Shown piece after piece: positions 10,565-22,465 of a stretch of DNA of 64,000 nt. The position numbers were made by a program, and so were the translations under genes. This DNA comes from a virus: positions 64,001-128,000 of IMG/VR virus record IMGVR_UViG_3300024999_000034, one strand, 5' to 3'. Numbering within the stretch: the first letter of the stretch is position 1; the number at the start of each line of letters is the position of its first letter. Under the pieces are notes generated by a model, which saw only the letters and a program-made list of their open reading frames with translations, was not told the origin of the DNA and did not search any database.

Positions 10565-13500
10565 ATGAAATATGTAAGAACAAATGCGTTAGCTGAAATA
10601 AAAGTAGGGAGAATATTTGTTTCTAAAGAAAATAATTCCTATGTCTATTTGGTAAAAGAAATCTTAAATGGAGGGATTATGGCAAGTCCTATAGGTGAAT
10701 TTGGAGAATCAGAAGAAGTTTATATTGGTGGTTTTGAGTTAGCTAGATTGTTACATGCAGTAATTCTAGTTCAATAATATCCCAGAAAAGGCAGAATTGA
10801 AAGGAGTTTGAATAATGGAAAATAATTGTTTTGGTTGTGAACATTGTTTTAATATTCCATCATATTTACAAAAACATTATGCAGAAATTGGTATGAACTT
10901 CCCTGTAGGAACGACACTATGTGGTTTAATTAGAAATATTCTTCCTAGTAATAACACTTGTAATGAGTTTGAAGAAAGAGAATGGGAGGATGATAAATCA
11001 TGAATGAAAATTATATTGTACTAGAGGGAGACATTGAAAACTCAGATGAGGATTGCACATTTGCTAAAATTATAAAAGGCGGAATATCATTAAAGCAATA
11101 TGATTCTAAAAGTAAACAAATGGTTACGATTTTCTTGACAAATGAAGAAGTCGGAGAATTGGAAAAAGAATTATCTACTAGAGGGAAATATTAATTAAAA
11201 TTTAAGGAGGATGTATTATATGACAAATACAAAATTAGTAAAAGAATGTGTCCAAGAGGATGTTGTAAAATACTTTGTGAAACGTGAAGATGGAATTGAT
11301 TACCTAAAAGTAAATGTTAAAAAGGATGGCACAATCAAGAAAACCAAATATATACTTAGAGGAATGAGTAACTATGAGATGGAATTGGAGAAAACCAGAT
11401 TAATTAGGCAAGGGTATACTGAGCAAATTTTACCCAACCAAATGTAACTTTTAAATGCTTTGGAAAATAAAATTTAAAGAGGAGAGTGTACATAATGAAA
11501 AAGAATTTAGTACCTGCTATTCCGGTGATGTCTTGGGATAAAGAATTAACTGAAAGACAAATAAACCTCGCAAAAGGAAGTTGTCACAAAATATCTAAGA
11601 AGCAAATGGTTAAAAGAATCTTATCATTCATGAAAAGTAATCAAATTACTGATGCGGATAGAAAGGTGTTTAATAAAATCCTTGGTGATACTAAACTATT
11701 AAATAAACTTCAGATTTGCACGGATGGTTCTTGGCTTAATGGTAGAATTTTTTATAAGAATTTCTTTAATCAATCTGATGCAAATATTTGTGTTGACGGA
11801 GAATATTGGATGCAATATTATAGGGATAATAATGTAAGTCCCGACACTTTTACAAAACTTAACTACATGAAATACAATTTCGAGGTAATATATTTACACT
11901 TGGTTAGCAATAGTAGAGAATTTGATCACGAATACCATGAAGAAAACCTACTAACAAATTTCAATGTTGATCAACTTCCAATTTATGAAAAAGCATTAAA
12001 AGATTTTGGAGACAGTAGTTTATACATTACTGATCAAGCTTATGATAATCGTGGAAGATTATTATCTGACTATTATTCATTAAGAACAAAATCAAATAAA
12101 GATAGATCAGATTTTTGGAAATTATTCAGAGGAATAAGAGATAAAATTTCAGCATAAAACAGTCTTTGGACGGATTTTATAATTAGAAAGGATGAAGGAA
12201 AATGAAAAGAATTCCTTACTCATTTAGCAAACGTGGAGATATAATTAACCATCCTAGTATCAATCAAATTGTATGGTACTGTGATGCCGATAAACCAGAT
12301 ATGAGAGTAGTAATTATCAATAAGGTAAATCGTAATTATTACAGCAATGGAGGAGATCAATGGGAATGGCAAGAGGTATTTGAGGATGGCACTTTAGGAA
12401 GAGAAGAAAGTGGAAGAGATAATTTTTATTTATATTATGGTGGATATAAGGTTTTCAAAACTGTAGAATTTAATTAAGATTAAGAAAGGATGATAATAAT
12501 GGATAAGATTAAAAGACTTGGTAAAATACTTGAAGAATATAAAAATGGGAAAAGTTATTCTGCTTGTTTGGCATTAATTGATGATATGGAAAAGAACTGT
12601 TTTAATTTTGAGTTATTATGTCAAACATTTGATGATGCAATACAAAGTGTGACTCCTAGAAGTGGCCCATAGCTTCATTCTTAGAGTCGTAATATCCCTT
12701 AAAATCACTCTTTCAAAGAGTATAACAGAGGAGGTAATATAATGAAAGTTGTAGGTAAAGGTGATCACAGACAGGTTGCACATGAATGTTCGTGGTGTGG
12801 TGAGTATATCAATGAGTTAGAAGGTGATGATAAAACAACTCATGATGGTAACATGTATCATTATGGATGTTTTGAAGAAATGATGGATGAAAATAGATTT
12901 TATGAATCCGTAGATAAAATACATGAGAGCGAATAAATCTGACATATCATGAGAAAAAGGTATTTCCTCTTAAATATAGAACTTATACTAAAATACTATT
13001 ACACAAGGGGAGATACCAAAAATGCATTGGAAATCTAACATAACTTCATGGAAAGATCCAAACACAAATGAATTTGTCACTCGAAAAGAATATGGAAAAT
13101 TATCTAAGAGAGCGTCAGTTAATGGATTGTCTGCTCCTGAATATTTAATCTCTAAGGGTTATTTTAAAGACAGATATCATTATTACAGGTTTAAGGATAA
13201 AATGTTTTTGGATAGGGAAAATTGAAAGGATGATTAAATTATGGGATACTCAATTTATAAAATAGATTTTGACACTCAAGAGAAAACTATATTATATGAT
13301 TGTATTGAAGATATTCAAAAAGCAGATTTATTAGCACAATTGGCAATGTGTAATAAAACAACTAATGAACTGATTTTCATTTGTGCAGGATGGAATAGGA
13401 GTATTGATAGAGATTCAGAATTGTATAGTAAAGTTTTGGAATTGGCTGTAGAATATAAAAGCGAAAGGAAGTGTTAAGATGGATAAATTTAAAATTATGA

Positions 13501-14857
13501 AAGAAGCACTAGAAAAGATATCGAATGCGTGTGATGTTTTTGATATGGAAGGCAAAAGCGATTATGATTGTTTTGAAGAGTGTATATTTATTGCATCAAA
13601 GGCATTGAGCCTATTAGAAGAAGAAAAACATTGCTTGGTTGATTATTGTCTATATAATTCGAATCTTAAATGTCCTTTTAATAACTACTTGTCATTTTCT
13701 AAGCAAATTAAAACTATAACTGAATGTCCATTTAATTAATCAAATCAATCATGCAACTTAACTGATAATTATTAAGGAGGAATTAACAATGTACGCTATA
13801 ACAAAACAAAGTGGGTTATTTGGCACTCAAGTAGATAGAACTGATTATCTAGGTTGGCAAGAACCAGCATGGGACGAAGACGGTTATTTTTGGACTTCAA
13901 AAGAAACAATTTATGAAATACATCAAGAAGGAAATAATACAATTGGACATCAATTTTTATTTAAAACAGAAGAGCAAGCAAAACGATTAGCTGTAAAATT
14001 AGAGATAGTTGACTATGGTATTGAAGAATTGTAAGTGATGTGATGGAGGTACATCTATGGCAAGAGGTGGTATTAGAGAATTATTGTATAAAACTCCAGA
14101 AGAGAAAAGAGCAGAAGAATATATTCAAAAATATCTTAAAGATGACTGGTTATATCAATATTTACCTTTTATTGTAGGAGCAGTAGCAATTGTTTTTATG
14201 TTGATTGTGGTTAATTTATTTGATGTTAATAAATAAATTGATAAAAGGAGTTTGATAAAAATGTTAACTAAAACATATTTAGGTCAACCAGTAGTTTTCA
14301 AAAATAAAGTTTATGGAAGAATTGTTTCTTTAAAGGGTTTATCCGTAAATTGTGGTACTTTACATTCTATTGTTCAATTTAGCACTCCATCAGGAATGGT
14401 TGTTGAAACTGGGATATTTTATCTAAATGAACAAGAAGAGAATGACATCCTAAAACTAAAAGAATTTGAACAATGGCATTTAGATAATTTACCAAATGAA
14501 AAAATGTATGATGGTAGATTAGAAAGTGTGGATATTTCTGATTAAGACATTTCCCACATAATGACGATTTGAAAGTAAAAATAGAGGAGAATTTTATTGG
14601 AAACAGAACGATACCAAATATATTGTTTAATCCGTTTAAATAATGGAAACATTGTGTATGTAAATAGTTTTTATTATTATTCTGATGCTTTTGATTATAT
14701 GACAAATGATTATAATAAAATAATGCGTACTACTTATTTTCCTAGAATACTCTCAAATTATAGTAATGATTGGAAGGCAGAAATCAATTTAACTGATGGT
14801 CAGTTTGATAAATGGGATATTATCGAATCTTATATTGAAACACCAAAAGTCAAATAA
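10565..14857 (+). other. Run of about 16 small hypothetical CDSs: 10565-10777, 10815-11003, 11000-11194, 11211-11447, 11486-12157, 12202-12477, 12490-12672, 12742-12936, 13022-13225, 13241-13477, 13479-13739, 13789-14034, 14057-14236 (C-terminal TM), 14252-14545, 14597-14857
   Basis: ORF track, RBSs, overlapping start/stop codons. Confidence 0.7.
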
Positions 14858-14901
14858 CTTCAAATAATATTTTTAATTGAAAAATTAAGGAGGATAAAAT
14901 A

Positions 14902-15402
14902 ATGGTTAAATTTATAGCACTGTTAATTTTCACAGCTCTATTCATCATAACTTTCATATGCTTTTTATTATATCTATATTTTACTCTCATTACATCCAAG
15001 CAAATTGAAAAAGAAATCCAACTCAAACAAGAGCAACGTACAAAAACAGAAATAAATCTTAATCAAAAACTAATTAATTTATGCTCCTTATTTTCAATAC
15101 CTCTTGAGTATAAAAATGATTTAGGTACAGCAGCAGGACATATTTTATATCATCAAGACAGGAAAGGAAGAATATTTTTAGACAATTGTAAAATTGAAGT
15201 GTTAGAAAAACATCAAAACAAACCTTGGGTATTAGCACATGAGATAGGCCACTACATAGCGTTAAATAAACTTAAAGATGATACTGAGGAAATGGCAGAT
15301 CAGATGGCGAATGAATTATGTTGTATGCTTTTATCAGAAAACGAACAGAAGGATTTAGAAATTGGCTTGAAGGTTTATTTTAAACAAGAAGGAAGGAGAT
15401 GA
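14902..15402 (+). CDS. Membrane-anchored HExxH metallopeptidase (ImmA/IrrE-like)
   Basis: N-terminal hydrophobic helix; WVLAHEIGHYIAL followed by E..ADQMA. Confidence 0.65.
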   Translation: MVKFIALLIFTALFIITFICFLLYLYFTLITSKQIEKEIQLKQEQRTKTEINLNQKLINLCSLFSIPLEYKNDLGTAAGHILYHQDRKGRIFLDNCKIEVLEKHQNKPWVLAHEIGHYIALNKLKDDTEEMADQMANELCCMLLSENEQKDLEIGLKVYFKQEGRR

Positions 15403-16055
15403 AATATAAAATGTGTCTAGCTACTAATTACACATCTCAACTATTAGAAATCTATCACAAAATTAATTCAGATGTTAAGCGTCTTACTGAAGAGGTTAGA
15501 ACTGCTAATCTCTTTAATATAGACATGCTACATAAAATTATGAATACAAATTTTAATGCTTGTGAAGGTTATAAATTAGCTAAAGAAATTAAAGACAACC
15601 AACTGTTTAGGCAACAAGCAAAATGTGAATTAACAACCCTAATTCAACTCAAAAAACATATAAGTACTAATATCCATTCATTAAATCAAGTTCATTCAGA
15701 AATAATCAATGATAATACTAGATATAAATATAATATCGAGAACAAAGTGTATAATCCAAAAGTAATGGGTACTAAAACTGTTTCTGAGCCTGAAGTGGGT
15801 AGTAGAGAATTTATAGATCCAGTAGCATTTAATAGTGAGAAACGTAAAGTTATTTCAAAACCTGTTCAAGCTAAACCTATTCCACAAGGATTATCTATTA
15901 CATTAGGAGATGCTATACATAAGAAAACGAATGTAAAAATGAAAGTAATAAGTAAAATTGATGATGGTCATTATTTAGTTAAGGTTAAAAATGGATATCA
16001 AGTTATATGTAGTAAACATATTGTTAGTTTGGAATTTCAACAATCTGCTAAATGA
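15399..16055 (+). CDS. Coiled-coil phage protein with FNACEGY motif (paralogue of 38094-38495)
   Basis: LHKIMNTNFNACEGYKLAKEI versus LHEIELTKFNACEGYNLSKEL. Confidence 0.65.
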   Translation: MKYKMCLATNYTSQLLEIYHKINSDVKRLTEEVRTANLFNIDMLHKIMNTNFNACEGYKLAKEIKDNQLFRQQAKCELTTLIQLKKHISTNIHSLNQVHSEIINDNTRYKYNIENKVYNPKVMGTKTVSEPEVGSREFIDPVAFNSEKRKVISKPVQAKPIPQGLSITLGDAIHKKTNVKMKVISKIDDGHYLVKVKNGYQVICSKHIVSLEFQQSAK

Positions 16056-16519
16056 CTTCAAAGAATGCTTTCAATGGGTATGAAAGGGGAATAATTACTA
16101 TGTTGATCAGTCGATTTTCTTTAGACGGATTTGAGCCACAAAATCAAACATTGCACAAAAGTTATTCAACAGAAGAATTATTCCCTGATTGTGAATACGG
16201 AGTGTATGCTTATGTCCAAGGCGTAGAAAATAAGATGTTTCTAAATCATCTCCCTAAAGAGAAACAAGACAAATTATCTTTATGGATTGGTGAGATAGAT
16301 AATGATGCTACAGTCTTTGTTTGTGGTATACCTAAAAATAAAAAGTGGTATGACTTAAAGAAAACAACCTTTGGAGAAATTAAAAGCAAAGAAACTAAAC
16401 CAAATGAATTATTCATACCTGCTGAATCATGTTTAAAGATTAAAAATGTAAGGAAGATTTATGATTTCAGATGGGTTAGTGACTATGCAAGAACGATGTG
16501 TGAATATGACTTAGGATAA
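16052..16519 (+). CDS. Hypothetical protein
   Basis: ATGA overlap with the upstream stop codon. Confidence 0.65.
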   Translation: MTSKNAFNGYERGIITMLISRFSLDGFEPQNQTLHKSYSTEELFPDCEYGVYAYVQGVENKMFLNHLPKEKQDKLSLWIGEIDNDATVFVCGIPKNKKWYDLKKTTFGEIKSKETKPNELFIPAESCLKIKNVRKIYDFRWVSDYARTMCEYDLG

Positions 16520-16581
16520 AAACGCAATTGTATGGCATTATAAATATAAAAATAATCTTTTTTATTTATATCAAAATGGTA

Positions 16582-16610
16582 TTGCAAATACCCTATAAAT
16601 ATGGTAAGAT
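16582..16610 (+). promoter_or_regulatory. Promoter TTGCAA-17-TAAGAT with TGn, upstream of the HTH gene
   Basis: Sequence inspection; A-rich upstream tract. Confidence 0.6.
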
Positions 16611-16643
16611 ACAACTATCAAATAGAAAGGAGTTACCACAGCA

Positions 16644-16910
16644 ATGAAAGTCAAAAACACCTATACTCAATCAGAATTGTTAAATATTATGCAGAAGTAT
16701 AATTCTACTGACAGACAGATCATCAAGACTAATCTTCAGGAAATCAAAAAAGTATATAACTTTGGCAATGTAGATATTGTAAATGATCTAGGGCATAAAT
16801 CAGAACTAGTTAAATCATGGTTTAATAAAGCCAATCCAAACATTCCAATATTTGAAGATGCTTTAAGGTTGGCAGTACATTATGACTTTGATATTACTGA
16901 ATTAATTTAG
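16644..16910 (+). CDS. XRE-like helix-turn-helix protein
   Basis: IVNDLGHKSELVKSWFN...PIFEDALRLAVHYDFDITEL. Confidence 0.6.
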   Translation: MKVKNTYTQSELLNIMQKYNSTDRQIIKTNLQEIKKVYNFGNVDIVNDLGHKSELVKSWFNKANPNIPIFEDALRLAVHYDFDITELI

Positions 16911-16937
16911 AGGAATTGAAAAAAGGAGAAATCTAAA

Positions 16938-18885
16938 ATGAAATTAAAAACTAAACAAGAATTAATAGACAGTGGATTCATTCACATTGCAACTAATTTA
17001 GTAAATGGAGTTGAAAAATGGGCCAAGTTTACTGGTTATGAAGATTTTATTCAGCAAATAGATTTCAAAGAAGGAGAATACACCGGAGAAATTGAGGTAA
17101 TTACTTTTGGCAAACTTGGCTTATATGAAAAAATGTTTAAAAAGATGATGTTTTATCCTAAAGTAAATCAGAATGGTTATATGGAAAAGATGTCCGAAAA
17201 ATGGTTGTAATTATATTGCGAAAGGATGATTGAAATGGAAAAGAAAATCGTATTCAAAAATGTTAAACAGGTTAATGAAGTTGATGAAGAAAAGGTTAAA
17301 GGAATTACTGATCAAATTAATCAAGAAATCACTGAAGACGAAGATTACTGCGTTGAATGTGGAAGCGAAGATTTAACATGGGATTTCAGAAATCAATATC
17401 ATAACTTTTGGATATGTAAAAATTGTGGGCATGAATTTAGGACGCAAAGAATTGAGGAAGAATAATCCTATCAATGTCTAAGTTTATACTCTAAATTTGA
17501 AAGGAGAATGATCACTAATGAAATTACAAAACGATGTACAACAAACCATTGTGCGATTAGTAAAGAAAACTCTTTATACTACAAATCAAGATATATTAGA
17601 TTCATTCAAACAAATTTTAATGTACAGTATTTCTTCAGAAACATTTAAATCTTGGATTTATGAGAAAGTTGAATTAGAGATTAAAAAACTAATCGAATGG
17701 AGTGTAATTTATGAAGTAGAGGAGGAAGGTGAATTAGCAGGATATTATCAAACTGACTGGACTGATGAGCAGATTGATTTGATTAGTAAGTAAAAAAAGG
17801 AGGTATTAATTATGGTGGACTTCAATGGTACAAACGACTTAAGAGATGTTATAAAAGATTTTATCTATTGGCAAGTTGATAAGAAAACTAATTCAGAAGA
17901 AGAACGTGAATTAATGTCAGAACAAATTTATTCATTATCAGAAGAGACTATCAAAAGACTCAAAGACGAAGTTGAAACCAACATTAGAATTTTTACAAAT
18001 GTATAATTGGCTTGACAAAGGGCAAGCAATTTAAAGGAGGAAGATTATAAAATGTTTAATAATACAGAAACCAATCTATTATTTATGGAATCACTTCTAT
18101 CAGGTGATGTAAGCAAAGCAATTGAAAATCAGGAAAAAAGAGGTCAATCTGCATTAGTAAATAGTTTTAGTTTACCTATTAAATATGGAAGAGGAAATGT
18201 TAAAGATACTGTTGAATACTTAAACAAACTTAAAGAAATTGGTATTAAAGTCTTAGGTGATAAAGATGATTTATTTATGGAAGTTGAATTGCCTACTGGA
18301 TGGAGTTTAAAAAGAACAGACCATAGTATGTGGTCAAACTTAGTAGACAACAAAGGAAGAGAAAGGGCTAGTATCTTTTATAAAGCGGCTTTTTATGATA
18401 GAGATGCATTTATTAATTTCAATAGAAGATTACACATAAGTTCTGAAAAACATGATTACGATGAAGAACAATTTGAACGGCAACCAGAATTTATCACAGT
18501 TGGTTATGAAGAAGTATTGGAAAAAGTAAAAGAAGAAAGTTCTTATGATAGAGATGATAGATATTATTATGGTTACGAAGATAGTTATGAAATGTTTTCT
18601 GTGAAGAAAGTTAAGAAACCAATTCAAGAAAAGAATCCTAATTACAAACCACTTACAGGTTATGAAAAATATTCTCAACCTTTTCATTTTGAAGTTTATG
18701 ATTTTGACGGAACAGTGTTATTTAAATCAGATATAGTAAAGACTGATTTCGAATATTCTAAGGATAGGCATTGGGAATTTTTTGATCATAGGGATCAAGT
18801 TGAAGAGTGGGCAAAGTTTCAATGTGAAGTGTGGTTAGATATGAATTATCTAGGTTGGAAAAATGATTTAGCTTATTGGGACTAA
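16938..18885 (+). other. Hypothetical CDSs: 16938-17210, 17226-17465 (Zn ribbon), 17518-17793, 17812-18006, 18052-18885
   Basis: ORF track and RBSs. Confidence 0.7.
18005..18031 (+). promoter_or_regulatory. Leader hairpin with ACAAAGGG loop, copy 1
   Basis: aattg-g-cttg[acaaaggg]caag-caatt, directly before AAAGGAGG RBS. Confidence 0.65.
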
Positions 18886-18913
18886 TAGTCATTACATTAA
18901 GGAGATGAGAATT

Positions 18914-19108
18914 ATGGGAAAATATGATTTAACAAGTAAGCAGATATCATTATTAACAACAATGTTATTAAAAAATGTATTGTTTACATGTGAAGACAAA
19001 TAACACCAAGCAAAAGTTAGAACAGACAGTAGAGAACTGTTTAAAATGCTTATGAGTAAACACAATGAACAAGAATCTGAGGAGTTAAAAACATACGCTA
19101 GTTATTAA
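18914..19108 (+). pseudogene. Small CDS interrupted by an in-frame TAA at 19001
   Basis: MGKYDLT...CEDK*HQAKVRTDSRELF...ASY: the frame continues after the stop. Confidence 0.5.
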
Positions 19109-19403
19109 ACTCTAAATATTTTGCCTTGAAAGGAAGGTTTCGAAGGATATGGATAATGATGTTCGTCAAATTGTGGATAAGTGGGAAGACGCATTTAGAA
19201 AAGTTAATCAAAAAGAACCTCCTACTATTGAGTATGTTCGTGGGTGGATTAGATTTGCAAATACTGGTCAAAAAGTTAGGAAGAAACAACTTATTGAAAT
19301 GACCGAAACACTTTTACAAAGAGTTAATTCCTAGTAAAATACTATTGTATGGGAAATTGAAAGATGAATTTATTGGCTCTAAGGAGCAGAAAGAGGTATA
19401 AAA

Positions 19404-19730
19404 GTGAATAAATTAAGAGTATGGCACATCCCACAAGTTGGTCATGATGCAATATTATATATCCCAGTTGAAACGGCAGAGGAAGGCAAGAAAGTTATGG
19501 ACATTTTAGCTTGCTATGATCTATTTCAACTAGAGAATAGAATTAAACCTGATTATTGTAATATTTCTGGACTTCAAGTATTTAATGAAGAAAAGCAAGA
19601 ATGGGAAGATTGGATTCTTGAGACAGAAGATAATTATTTTGATAATGTTGATGAGTATTTTGAAGACGATGAAAAATGCAAATGTTTGTTAAAGAGTTGT
19701 TTAGGCAACTTAAAGGGAATTAAATACTAA
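19404..19730 (+). CDS. P22 gp17-like (superinfection exclusion / anti-exclusion) protein
   Basis: KLRVWHIPQV...E.G....D.LA.YDLFQ.EN.IKPDYCN..GLQ matches the remembered P22 gp17 motif order. Confidence 0.6.
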   Translation: MNKLRVWHIPQVGHDAILYIPVETAEEGKKVMDILACYDLFQLENRIKPDYCNISGLQVFNEEKQEWEDWILETEDNYFDNVDEYFEDDEKCKCLLKSCLGNLKGIKY

Positions 19731-21209
19731 TTGAAAGGATTGATATTAATGGATAATAATAATAAGGAATATTTTGAATTTCTTGATGATTTAAGAGACG
19801 GTGGCACGGTTAATATGTTTGGTGCTTCGGTAGACCTTAGAGAAGAATTTGGTTTAGGTAAAAGTGAAGCTAGAAAAATTCTTAGTCAATGGATGGATAC
19901 TTACGATGAAAGACATCCAGAATAAAGGCAATCCCTCGAAAGCCCGATTTCCTAGTATCGTAAAATGAAAGGATGATAAATCAATGGAATTAGAAAACAA
20001 ATTCAATCAATTATGCGTATGGCAAGGTACTGTACTAGAAGATTCAACAGTAGATGATTTCATAAATTTCTTCAAAGAAAATTTTAATGCAAGAATAAAA
20101 TTTTGTGAAGAAGTTAAAACAAATGGCAGTGTTGAACGCAATGAAGAAGGTGGAAGAAACGACATCTTATTTTACATTCATGATGATGATATTTCTCACT
20201 TTGCTGTAAATAGATTAGAATATGGTATAAGATGGTGGGAAGATGTTGTCTCATATAATGATAATTCTTATTTATATTCTCAGGAAGTTTTGAATAAATA
20301 TCAGGTTAAGTGGTAGAAATATTATAAACTGATTCGACAAAGGGCGAACAGTTAAGAAGGAGTAAAATTGAAAATGGGTATAAGCACATGTGGAGCATTA
20401 AAAAGGGAAATAACTGCTAAAGAAGTTTTTGATTTTGTTGTAGCAAATTTTGATCAAAAAGCCAAGTTAGAACAAAATTCAACCAACTCTCATTATATTA
20501 ATTTAAATTATCTGGGAGAAGTTAGATCCCTTCATATTTATTATGGAAATGATTATAGAGAAGAAACAGATGGATATAGTGCAAATAACGAAATTACTGA
20601 GATTGTCGTTAATAAATGGGGTCATGCTGAACAAATCATTGAACCAATCGTGAAACATTTTGGAGGTTGGTATATAGCTGATGACTGTATTAGTAATCGA
20701 GATGAACATGTTATATTTTATGAATTCAATCAAAATACAGACATTATTATAACTACTCCAATTGAGAGATATGTTTTTGATAAAATGGTTGAAGAAAAAG
20801 ATTGGAAATTAAAAATTAGACTAGCACAATTTATTAAAGACAATTTAGATGAGATTAAAACCTTCCAAAGATAGAATTGAACGGAAATTTAATTTAAAAA
20901 TGAAAGAAGGAAACAACAATGAGTTATGATGATATCAAAAGACTTGAACAACAATTAAAGGATGCTAAGACTAGCCAAGAAAATTTAGAAAGAAATTGCA
21001 ATCACCAATGGAGCGAAGTTAAATCTGACCCTGAAAAATTTAGGGAGGAATACTTAACCGGAGAGTATGAAACACAAGGAATTCATATGTGGCCTAAAAG
21101 TTCTTTCAAAGATTCTTATAAGAATAGATGGAGTAGAACTTGTAAGAAATGTGGTAAAACAGAGTATACTTATGAACAAAAAGCGGTTAAATATGAACCT
21201 AAATTTTAA
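19731..21209 (+). other. Hypothetical CDSs: 19731-19925 (conserved FLDDLR..G..NMFGA phage family), 19984-20316, 20368-20874, 20919-21209 (HxW...CxxC)
   Basis: ORF track and RBSs. Confidence 0.7.
20327..20353 (+). promoter_or_regulatory. Leader hairpin with ACAAAGGG loop, copy 2
   Basis: aactg-a-ttcg[acaaaggg]cgaa-cagtt, directly before AAGGAG RBS. Confidence 0.65.
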
Positions 21210-21494
21210 GGAGGAAGGAGTAAATTAATCAATGGATAAAAACTATTTATTAACTTATCAAAAGGGAAATTGTCAATCTTATGCGTGGTTTGATACAGAA
21301 GAGGAATTAGATGATTTTGTAGACAAATATGATGCTGATGTAATTGAAATTTTTAAGATTAATGATATTGAATTAATAAGCGAATAGGAGGCAATTATTA
21401 TGAAAGGTGGTGGTGATATATATGATTGTAAATAAATATTATTAATAACATTAGTAAAATATAATAATTTAAAGAAAGAGGTAATAAATAATAT

Positions 21495-22394
21495 ATGACA
21501 ACGGTCAATACACATGCATTATATGTTCAAAATCACAGAACAAATGATAATGGAATAGTAGAAAGAAGATGTACGAAATGCCAAGAATGGTTGGAAGAAA
21601 GCTATGACAATTATTACTATGTAAATAAAAAAGACGTAAATAAAAAATTTCTACCCGAATGTAGAAAATGTACCGTTAAAAGATCAAGTAAAAACCAAGC
21701 CGAAAATAAGGATAGAGCAAGTGCTACTCAAAAAGCATGGAAAGATGAGAGAAGAGATGAATTACACGATGCTTTTAGAGCATGGAAAAAATCAGTTATA
21801 GGACATATTAGACGGTATCAAAGAGGATACCAACAATCAAGCAAGGGTAAGAGTAAATATAAAGTATACGGTCTAAAAAGATATTTTGAAAAGAATCACG
21901 ATATTAGTTCTAAAGAGTGGATTGCTTGTAAAGACTATTTTAAAGATAAAGATGGTGATTGGAGTTGTGCCTACTGTGGATTAAAAATACAAGATCACTT
22001 AATAGATCGTGCAGGAAATTTGGTAAAGAGCGACTTTCATAAAGAACACAATAACGATAAGGGGTCAAACGATCTGAGTAATTGCATACCTAGTTGCGGA
22101 AGTTGTAATTACAAAAAGTGGTCATTTCCTTTCGAAGAATGGTATAGGAATTATGAATATTTTAACGAAGATAGATATGATAAAATAATTAAATGGATAG
22201 AGGAGGATTATAAATTTTATATTGAAGATAAACCACCATATCGTATTAGAAAAAAGAAGAATAAAGATAACAATAAATTTCATCATGAATTATGGACTGT
22301 TGACAAGTACAGAAATATGATAGAATGTATAGCAATAGCAGATAAAAAGAAAGACTTACATACATTTATTCAAAAATATTTTAATGTTGCATAA
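21495..22394 (+). CDS. Zn-finger HNH endonuclease, paralogue 1
   Basis: RCTKC/PECRKC N-terminal Zn sites; CAYCG...KEHNNDKGSNDLSNCIPSCGSCN HNH motif. Confidence 0.8.
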   Translation: MTTVNTHALYVQNHRTNDNGIVERRCTKCQEWLEESYDNYYYVNKKDVNKKFLPECRKCTVKRSSKNQAENKDRASATQKAWKDERRDELHDAFRAWKKSVIGHIRRYQRGYQQSSKGKSKYKVYGLKRYFEKNHDISSKEWIACKDYFKDKDGDWSCAYCGLKIQDHLIDRAGNLVKSDFHKEHNNDKGSNDLSNCIPSCGSCNYKKWSFPFEEWYRNYEYFNEDRYDKIIKWIEEDYKFYIEDKPPYRIRKKKNKDNNKFHHELWTVDKYRNMIECIAIADKKKDLHTFIQKYFNVA

Positions 22395-22398
22395 TTAA

Positions 22399-22431
22399 TT
22401 ATTGGAGTTATATAATTTATAACTCCAATAA
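22399..22431. terminator. Perfect 14-bp inverted repeat after HNH1
   Basis: ttattggagttata-taatt-tataactccaataa. Confidence 0.6.
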
Positions 22432-22465
22432 CCCAATAATCTAGAAGGAAAGGAATTGATAAATT

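Larger units (their letters stand above)
1493..12730 (+). repeat. Dispersed intergenic hairpin family with ATAACA(A/G) in the loop (about 13 copies)
   Basis: Examples: cctgcaa..ttgcagg 1666-1702; tagagcgt..acgctcta 2332-2358; acaaccgca..tgcggttgt 2895-2930; 4120-4187; 4749-4796; 5269-5316; 5736-5776; 6314-6368; 9734-9798; 10056-10083. Confidence 0.8.

Noticed and set aside
1493-12730. ATAACA hairpins as a CRISPR mini-array or tRNA-like genes
   Set aside because: No identical repeats with regular spacers, no cloverleaf or T-loop motifs, and no cas genes
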